From the NCBI GenBank assembly GCA_030668875.1, contig DAOVER010000005.1, forward strand, positions 1 through 32,000: DNA of 32,000 bases, given 5' to 3'. A model generated the notes under the pieces. It was given only the letters and a program-made list of their open reading frames with translations. It did not search any database and was not told the origin of the DNA. Made by a program: the position numbers and the translations under genes. This document shows positions 25,723-32,000 of the stretch, in pieces. Position 1 is the first letter of the stretch, and every line of letters begins with the position of its first letter. The stretch comes from Candidatus Heimdallarchaeota archaeon. GTDB taxonomy: Archaea; Asgardarchaeota; Heimdallarchaeia; Heimdallarchaeales; Heimdallarchaeaceae.

Positions 25723-27864
25723 ATGACAATTGAGAAACTATCAGCTGAACAAGGTTTGCTTCATTATTTCATTAAACAAGTTCGTCCAGAGCTTGCTGAG
25801 AAGATTACAGAAACTAAAATAATCGAAACTATGATTGTAGGATTAGGTAGACAAGGCACAAGGCATGCTCAACTCATGATGGAATATGGTACAAATGTTA
25901 CATGTGGTGTAGCTCAAGGAAAAGGTGGAACTTTAGTCCATGAAAAAATCCCTGTGTATGAAAGTGCAAAAGATGCGGTGGAAAAGCACCCCAATATCGC
26001 GGTAGCCAGCATTTGGAGACACTATTCAACAGCAAAGGATGCCACAATCGAAGTAATTAGAGCTGGGGTACCGATTGTTGTCTTGATTTCTGAGTTTATT
26101 CCACTGAAGGATGTCAGAGACATTCTTGTTGAAGCAAGGAAGCACAAAACGATTCTATTTGGTGGAAATACTCCTGGCATAATTTTTCCTCCTGAAGGAA
26201 TAAAGGTTGGAATGCTTCCAGACATCTTTCAAGCTGAACTGGTTGGGGATAAAATCGGACCAAAGGGTGTCACTATTCTTTCAAGAAGTGGAGCTATTCT
26301 TTACCACTTGTCTGATGCATTAGCAAGTGCAGGTATTGCTCAAAATGGTGTACTTGGTGTTGGAGGAGATGGTGCGATTGGTTCTCGCTTTGTAGACCTT
26401 GTTTCAAGAATTATGAGTTATGAAAATACTGATCTTGTTGTTATCGCTGGAGAAATTGGAGGGATGCAAGAAGAACTTCTTGGACAGGATATGATAGCAC
26501 ATCCAGAAAAATATTCTAAACCTCTTGTTGCTTTGATTTCAGGTGCTAACGCTCCCGAGGGGAAAACAATGGGTCATGCAGGAGCTGTTATCTCCCCTGG
26601 ACAAAAATTTGGAACTTATAACTCAAAGCGAGAGAGTTTGGAGCAAGCTGGAGTAACAGTAGTTAATCATCAACATGACCTAATTGAAGCTGTCAAAACA
26701 AAACTAGAGAGGTCATATTTTGATGTTGGGGGGTATTATAATAAAATGCAGAAGAAATGGGATGAAAAACCACCTGAAAAAACATGGGGTACTTTGATAA
26801 CAAATGCCATGCCTAACAACTTGATAATAAGAGGTTACCCACTACAAGATATTATTGCAAAAAAAGGACTGTTAGAAACATCTTATCTTTTACAAGTTGG
26901 AGAATTTCCAGATGTATCAACATTAGTTGAGCTAGAAAAAATAGCCATGGATGCAGCAAAACAACCGTTTGTAAACCAGAATGCAGTTCCCTCAAGTCCA
27001 GATATCTCAAAGATGTTAGGAACTTATCTCTTGATTGATACTAGCCTATCTAACTACATTAGTTCGACTAGTGATATAGCGAAAATTGCTTCGTTTAGTT
27101 TAGGAAGAATGTTACGGTATCTGGCAATACTCTTAGGAACCACAGATATGCTTGAGAATGCAAGTAATGAAAATACTTCTTTCAGAAAAATGATATATCT
27201 TGGACTTGTTGGAGAAGAACAACCAGATTTATTAAAAGTGAAGTTACTTGAATCCTTGGTAACAGCTTGTGTTGATCACGGCATAACACCCCCATCTGCT
27301 CAAGCAACATTGATATTAGCATCTACTCGTGCAAATTTTGAGGTAGCAATGTCTGCTGGTCTTCAAGCGATTACTGATGTTCATGGAGGAGCAGGGCAAA
27401 AAGCTGCTGGTTTCTTCTTGTCTATAGCAAAGAAAGCTAAAGAAGAGAATATTGATCTTGATGAAGCAACATTTGAATTAATTCGTAATACAATCAAAGC
27501 AGGTAAAAGAATAGAGGGTTTAGGTCACCGTATACATACTCAAGACCCTAGAAGAGATGTTCTTTGGCAACTTGCTGAGGAAGCAGGTTACGCAAAAGAA
27601 TGTGTTGCTATTTCAAAAATAGTAAGCGATGTTTTCTACAGAGTAAGAGGTATGAATCTTCCCATCAATGTAGACGGAGTGATAGCTGCAATTGTTGCGG
27701 ATATGAAATTAGATCCAAAACTAGCTAAGGCAATTTTCGTGTTTGGAAGAACAGCAGGATTGGCAGCCCATTACTACGAAGAAATTAGTACACAACCGCA
27801 AATGAGACGACTAGCATTTGATAAAGCTGTATACAAAGGATCTTCTATACGAGAGGTAAAATAA
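25723..27864 (+). CDS. SucD-like CoA-ligase alpha subunit fused to a citrate-synthase/citryl-CoA-lyase domain (ATP-citrate-lyase alpha-like)
   Basis: GGNTPG, SRSG, GEIGG and MGHAGA (phospho-His, about aa 285). From about aa 350: IRGYPL, DHG..PSA, HGGAG, GLGHR...DPR, NVDG and R..GL.AH..EE. Confidence 0.9.
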   Translation: MTIEKLSAEQGLLHYFIKQVRPELAEKITETKIIETMIVGLGRQGTRHAQLMMEYGTNVTCGVAQGKGGTLVHEKIPVYESAKDAVEKHPNIAVASIWRHYSTAKDATIEVIRAGVPIVVLISEFIPLKDVRDILVEARKHKTILFGGNTPGIIFPPEGIKVGMLPDIFQAELVGDKIGPKGVTILSRSGAILYHLSDALASAGIAQNGVLGVGGDGAIGSRFVDLVSRIMSYENTDLVVIAGEIGGMQEELLGQDMIAHPEKYSKPLVALISGANAPEGKTMGHAGAVISPGQKFGTYNSKRESLEQAGVTVVNHQHDLIEAVKTKLERSYFDVGGYYNKMQKKWDEKPPEKTWGTLITNAMPNNLIIRGYPLQDIIAKKGLLETSYLLQVGEFPDVSTLVELEKIAMDAAKQPFVNQNAVPSSPDISKMLGTYLLIDTSLSNYISSTSDIAKIASFSLGRMLRYLAILLGTTDMLENASNENTSFRKMIYLGLVGEEQPDLLKVKLLESLVTACVDHGITPPSAQATLILASTRANFEVAMSAGLQAITDVHGGAGQKAAGFFLSIAKKAKEENIDLDEATFELIRNTIKAGKRIEGLGHRIHTQDPRRDVLWQLAEEAGYAKECVAISKIVSDVFYRVRGMNLPINVDGVIAAIVADMKLDPKLAKAIFVFGRTAGLAAHYYEEISTQPQMRRLAFDKAVYKGSSIREVK

Positions 27865-27879
27865 CAACTCTAAACCTAA

Positions 27880-28725
27880 TTGAAGATGTCATCATCTTCA
27901 ATTAAAAACAACTTGTTGGAGATAAGAATGAAAGCTTTAGCATTTGAAATAATCGGGAGTATTTTGATTATAAGAGATTCAGCTAATGATAGAGATCTAA
28001 AAGAATTTGCGGAAAAAAAGATGAAGAGACATCCATATATCCAGACAGTTATGTTACAAACCTCAAAAATCCAAGGTCAGAAGAGAACTCGAGAGCTGAA
28101 ATTTCTTCTTGGGAATAAAAACTTTGAAACAATTCACAGAGAACATGGTAATCAATACATACTCAACCCCCTAGACACCTTTTTTTCACCTAGATTAAGC
28201 TTCGAAAGACAGAGAATAGCTGGTCTAGTCAAAGAAAGCGAAGTAATTCTTAATTTCTTTGCGGGGGTTGGACCCTTCAGTATTGCAATTGCCAAAAAAC
28301 AACCAAATTGCTTAATTCACAGTATCGAAATAAATAAAAAATCATGCAATTACATGCGAAAAAATATTGAACTAAATAATTGTGAAGACAATATTATTGT
28401 CTATTGTGGAGATGTTTTTGATATTGCTCCTCACAGATTTCTAAATTCTTCAAATAGAGTGATACTTCCGCTTCCCCTTGAATCAAAACGTTCCTTACCT
28501 TTGGCTTTTAAATGCTTAAAAGATGGTAAGGGTACTATTCACTGGCAAATAACAGATCATTTGAGTTCAAAGGTTGTCGACTTGAATGTAGTAGCCACAA
28601 GTATAGAGGAGATATTTGCAAGAGAGAAAATTTCAACCGAACATAGTATTAGTGAGCATCGTGTTGTTAGATGGATTGCTCCTCATATTGCACACATTGC
28701 AATAGATATTGAGTTAGGACAATGA
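27880..28725 (+). CDS. Trm5/Taw2 (Met-10+) family SAM-dependent tRNA modification enzyme
   Basis: FEIIGSILII, HREHG, FFSPRLSFER.RI, FAGVGPF, EIN and RVILPLP motifs. It appears to lack the N-terminal D1 domain. Confidence 0.88.
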   Translation: MKMSSSSIKNNLLEIRMKALAFEIIGSILIIRDSANDRDLKEFAEKKMKRHPYIQTVMLQTSKIQGQKRTRELKFLLGNKNFETIHREHGNQYILNPLDTFFSPRLSFERQRIAGLVKESEVILNFFAGVGPFSIAIAKKQPNCLIHSIEINKKSCNYMRKNIELNNCEDNIIVYCGDVFDIAPHRFLNSSNRVILPLPLESKRSLPLAFKCLKDGKGTIHWQITDHLSSKVVDLNVVATSIEEIFAREKISTEHSISEHRVVRWIAPHIAHIAIDIELGQ

Positions 28726-29136
28726 AAATTCGCTTACGTAATCAGCAATCTGAACTAGTTCTTCAATAAGCTCTTCACTTGTAAAAATAATTTCATTTTT
28801 TGATTTTATTTGTTCTATTATTTTGATAAAATCTTTTATTGAAACTTGACTAAAATTCAGAAAAAGATCAATGTTAGCTACTAATATTGTCCAATTGTTG
28901 GTTGAAAACAAGCTCTTCAAGGCAGCTAACCCAAGTTTCATAATTTCTGTTTTATTAATAATCCGGATCTGGAAATGGGTGTGTTCCTCTAGGCTCTTAA
29001 TCCAACTGTAACTATCATTGAAAATAATAAGTATGGTTTCAAGAGAGTGCCCTTCTGACCTAATAATTGTACCTAAGCCTGTTTCAAAAGCCTTTATCTT
29101 ATCTCCAAAATAGAAATGAACTAAACCTGGCATCAA
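28714..29136 (-). CDS. Degenerate CobO/BtuR-like (cobalamin adenosyltransferase fold) protein
   Basis: GLVHFYFG...GLG..IRSEGH...LIIF at the N-terminus and EIIFTS...EL.Q.ADYVSE at the C-terminus follow CobO, but the GxGKGKT P-loop reads GDKIKAFE. Confidence 0.6.
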   Translation of the reverse strand: MMPGLVHFYFGDKIKAFETGLGTIIRSEGHSLETILIIFNDSYSWIKSLEEHTHFQIRIINKTEIMKLGLAALKSLFSTNNWTILVANIDLFLNFSQVSIKDFIKIIEQIKSKNEIIFTSEELIEELVQIADYVSEFSLS

Positions 29137-29154
29137 TCATTCCATCTTAAAAAT

Positions 29155-30507
29155 CTATTTTTTAATTTTCTTAATATATCTCCTATAACCATCTAATGTG
29201 TCTTCAATTCTTAGAACATGTTTTTCTGCCTTAATTCTGAGTTCTTGCCATTCATCTTCATCAATCTTTTCAGAATTCAACGCTTGTTCGAGTTGTTGAA
29301 TGCGTTCCAAGGCTTTTTGTCTCTTCGATTCTAAATGGGTGATAATATTCTGTATATCTTCAGATTGTACAGGAGATTTCTCCGTTTCACCTGATTCTGC
29401 TTCAATCATTTTTGTTAGAGCGGATTTTTCTTCTGGTTCAATATCTTTTTCCTCGGAAACATGAGCTATTGTTCTTTTGATAGATGAAACGAATTGTGCA
29501 GCATCTTCTTCTTCCGGTGCGGAAAGAACGCCACCTAAACGCGACACTGAAGCTCTAAAAGCATGTACTTCTTCCAGTTCTTCGTCTGTAAGTCCTTCAT
29601 CAATTATCATTTCTTGTTCTGTCACAGAGGGGGAGTCATCGCCTAAGGTCAGTAATTTTTCAGTCAATGGTGATATTACGGAATCGTCCCCAGGATCTAG
29701 GGCTGTTAAGAGACTAGCCAGTTTCTTTAGAGATTCTTGCTCAGATTCCAGAGTTTGTATAAATGGTTCTTGTTTGAATTCATACTGGGAAGCCAGTTCT
29801 ATTCCTTCAATCAATTCTTTCGCGTCTGATGAAACATCTTCCTTTTCCTTAATTACAATTTCACCCTTCACTTCTGGCTCAGTTTCTATTTCAGTAGTAT
29901 CAAGCTCCTCATCCGCATCTTCTTCTTTCATTTCTTCATCGAAAATCTCAATTTCAGATGGGATTACTTTTATTTCTTCTTCCTTTTCTTTATCATCAAT
30001 TTCAGGAATAACTTCAACTTTTTCAACTTCTTTCTCTGTTACTGTTTCCTCTTCGATGACTTCACCTTTTGGCAATTTTGATGTTTTTGACTTGATTTTC
30101 TTTATTTCTTCATTTAAAGAATGGAAACTCAATTCCAAAGACTCAAGTTTCGCATTCAAATATTGGAGTGCATCATTATCAACAGCTGCAGATCGTTGAT
30201 ATTCAATCTGCAACATATTAGCATGAGTTATGACATTGTAAACTGTATCTGTCATTTCAGGTAATTCGCGGAACCAAGGCCCTGCACTATCAAATTTTAG
30301 TAATACATCCTTTGCTTTTTGAAAATGTTTCTCATATTCTTCTTGTTGTTCAAGGGGCAGAAATGATTTTGCAAAAGAGGTTAAAGTTGCAAGATTTGTT
30401 ATCAAGTGTGCTTTGACGTTTTCTTCCTCATCAGGATTGTATTCCCCCTTCAGGACACCCCAAAACATCTTTTTTATTTCTTCAATGGCTTCTTCAAGAT
30501 TCATCAT
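29155..30507 (-). CDS. Hypothetical protein: helical N-domain, long acidic low-complexity linker, C-terminal helical hairpin
   Basis: 450-aa ORF with a Glu/Asp-rich middle; ATG overlaps the upstream stop (TAATG). Confidence 0.75.
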   Translation of the reverse strand: MMNLEEAIEEIKKMFWGVLKGEYNPDEEENVKAHLITNLATLTSFAKSFLPLEQQEEYEKHFQKAKDVLLKFDSAGPWFRELPEMTDTVYNVITHANMLQIEYQRSAAVDNDALQYLNAKLESLELSFHSLNEEIKKIKSKTSKLPKGEVIEEETVTEKEVEKVEVIPEIDDKEKEEEIKVIPSEIEIFDEEMKEEDADEELDTTEIETEPEVKGEIVIKEKEDVSSDAKELIEGIELASQYEFKQEPFIQTLESEQESLKKLASLLTALDPGDDSVISPLTEKLLTLGDDSPSVTEQEMIIDEGLTDEELEEVHAFRASVSRLGGVLSAPEEEDAAQFVSSIKRTIAHVSEEKDIEPEEKSALTKMIEAESGETEKSPVQSEDIQNIITHLESKRQKALERIQQLEQALNSEKIDEDEWQELRIKAEKHVLRIEDTLDGYRRYIKKIKK

Positions 30508-31520
30508 TAAAACCCTAAATTAATAGTTCTTCGCTTTGTAAAATCTGGAGGAAGAGATGGTTCTATAAAAACTGCTTCAGCACTTAAGTCCTCTCTCATT
30601 TGATTAACAGATTCTAGTTTGTCAGCTGATGAAACATTCCAGAAATACAAAGAATATTTCATACCAGAACTTGAATAATCCTTGAGAACTTCAAGTGATG
30701 AAAGTATTTGTTGATACTCTGGTGTTCCTCGTGAAGGGAAGGATTCACTCCAAGGGTTAACATGAATAACGAAATTGTTTGTTACTTTAGCCAATTCAGT
30801 AATATTTTGCCCAAAATACTCATCAGCTCCAACAAGAAAACCTGTCTCTTTATCAGTCTTTACTGTAATTGCAATATCAATGTTTTTTAGATTCTTTATT
30901 GAGTCTGTTATTTCCCTTAAAGTTTGATTTATGTAAGTTGCCCGCGATTCCTTCCACTCTGCTAATAAGTCTCTAGATTCAAGGAAATCTGAACTAAAAT
31001 CTCGTTCCACATTCCATTTAGCAGCAAAAATTCTGCGACATCGGTCACAAAAACAAGTTTCTTTGCTTGGAAACATTAATCCATCAAGCACAAGAGATTC
31101 GATTGGATATTGCGCAACTTCTAGAGCAATTGATGCAATATATTTACTGAAATGCTCCTGACTTGGGCATGCATATGATGGCACAACTCCACCCTCGCTA
31201 CTAATGATTCGAAAATCTGCATTTTGTGATAGAAAATTATCTTCATGATTGTAAATGAATGCGTTAACTTTGATCCCCATGTTATCTGCTATTGTGCAGA
31301 AGGAGTGGAAGAACACACCATTGAATTTATCTTTAGGAGCACTGTTGCTCTGGTAAAAAGTGAAACCAGACCTTCCTTTTGCAACTAAAGCAATTGTATC
31401 TAAAATATGACCATAATGATCAAGAAAATCATCAGGGTTTGTGTCAATGATAGTAGGATTAACAACCAGTATTGCTCCGCTTTCAAGTATTTCCTGAATA
31501 ATGTCTGCCAAAGTAATCAC
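30507..31520 (-). CDS. Glycoside-hydrolase-like TIM-barrel protein (GHL10-like) with CFCxxC metal motif
   Basis: YACPS...IESLVLDGLMFP...CFCDRC...F pattern typical of GH-like barrels; GTG start. Confidence 0.6.
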   Translation of the reverse strand: MITLADIIQEILESGAILVVNPTIIDTNPDDFLDHYGHILDTIALVAKGRSGFTFYQSNSAPKDKFNGVFFHSFCTIADNMGIKVNAFIYNHEDNFLSQNADFRIISSEGGVVPSYACPSQEHFSKYIASIALEVAQYPIESLVLDGLMFPSKETCFCDRCRRIFAAKWNVERDFSSDFLESRDLLAEWKESRATYINQTLREITDSIKNLKNIDIAITVKTDKETGFLVGADEYFGQNITELAKVTNNFVIHVNPWSESFPSRGTPEYQQILSSLEVLKDYSSSGMKYSLYFWNVSSADKLESVNQMREDLSAEAVFIEPSLPPDFTKRRTINLGF

Positions 31521-31599
31521 ATTGATATTTTATTTAATATGATAAACGATTTTTCCTTATTAAACGTTTGTTCAAAGGCCTCGATCTTACCTTCAGTTC

Positions 31600-32000
31600 T
31601 TACTGTAGGTTCAAGAGATTAAGATTGAATTCCTCATCTTTTTTTCTAGTTATTGTAGAATTAATTTCGAAGATTGTAAACTCACCTGTGACACTAATGA
31701 TTGTACCAGGAAGTACGTGACCTCCAAATGTATTTCCCTTGATATCGCCTATAATCATATGAATGTGGGGGATATAGTCATTTGTTTCTTCATTTTTTGA
31801 GATATTACCAGTACAGCATAAAACCTCAGCATTGAAATCGAATTTATTTTCTAAATATGTTTTTTTATCCAGATCATAATATCCAAGTGATGCCGTGCTT
31901 ACCGCACCTAAGCCATAGATTGCCCCAGAAGTGAGATTTTTTTCTTTGCAATATTCAATAACGCTTTTTAACACATCTTCACCCCTCATTAAACGTAAGA
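31600..32000 (-). CDS. PPC/DUF296-domain protein (5' end outside the window)
   Basis: The frame stays open past ATG 31989 (LRLMRGED). Contains GAIYGLGAV, E.LCCTGNI, PHIH.IIGD and TFGGHV motifs. Confidence 0.88.
   Translation of the reverse strand, partial: LRLMRGEDVLKSVIEYCKEKNLTSGAIYGLGAVSTASLGYYDLDKKTYLENKFDFNAEVLCCTGNISKNEETNDYIPHIHMIIGDIKGNTFGGHVLPGTIISVTGEFTIFEINSTITRKKDEEFNLNLLNLQ

Noticed and set aside
24412-27864. Ordinary succinyl-CoA synthetase sucCD
   Set aside because: The alpha subunit carries a ~360-aa citrate-synthase-fold extension with intact catalytic His/Asp motifs, and the beta-subunit loops deviate from SucC.
29477-30199. 240-aa Ser-rich plus-strand ORF
   Set aside because: Antisense shadow of the Glu-rich 450-aa gene (GAA codons read as TTC/TCT); no independent motifs.
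1113-31622. Other short overlapping ORFs in the track (e.g. 1113-1313, 3009-3248, 3376-3675, 5295-5552, 7847-8116, 10024-10206, 13059-13292, 14341-14583, 17421-17621, 17949-18386, 19438-19866, 22667-22867, 25404-25625, 26022-26225, 31407-31622)
   Set aside because: They lie antisense or out of frame within well-supported genes and show no recognisable motifs.
1-32000. CRISPR array, rRNA or tRNA genes
   Set aside because: No regularly spaced direct repeats, no conserved rRNA segments and no cloverleaf with a T-loop were seen on reading.

Overview
AT-rich (about one-third GC by eye) archaeal chromosomal window, inferred to be from an Asgard archaeon because it carries a Rab-like small GTPase, a Roadblock/LC7 protein, archaeal TpiA/GlmU/RpoE/aIF2-gamma and GGTGA/GAGGT Shine-Dalgarno sites. 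It opens with the right end of an IS481-like element next to a frameshifted beta-helix (NosD/CASH-like) surface-protein gene. Housekeeping genes follow: an amidohydrolase, glmU, a radical SAM protein, nth, tpiA, an rpoE1-spt4-DPCK-rps24e-rps27ae block (rps27ae is missing from the ORF track), aIF2-gamma with a PIN gene, and a Trm5-like gene. Four things stand out. (1) A 9-kb operon with an HD protein, a homoisocitrate-dehydrogenase-like enzyme, one canonical and one deviant aconitase-family enzyme, and an ATP-citrate-lyase-like pair whose alpha subunit is fused to a full-length citrate-synthase fold; this may be an ATP-linked (homo)citrate pathway. (2) An unannotated ~70-nt RNA with a TATA box, two complete k-turns and two 12-nt spacers, i.e. 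box C/D geometry with non-canonical boxes. (3) A Roadblock / inactive KaiC-like / coiled-coil-wHTH operon converging on the Rab-like GTPase. (4) A TrmB-like regulator split by ~540 aa of helical insert. No rRNA, tRNA or CRISPR array was found. All calls come from motif reading, not database searches.
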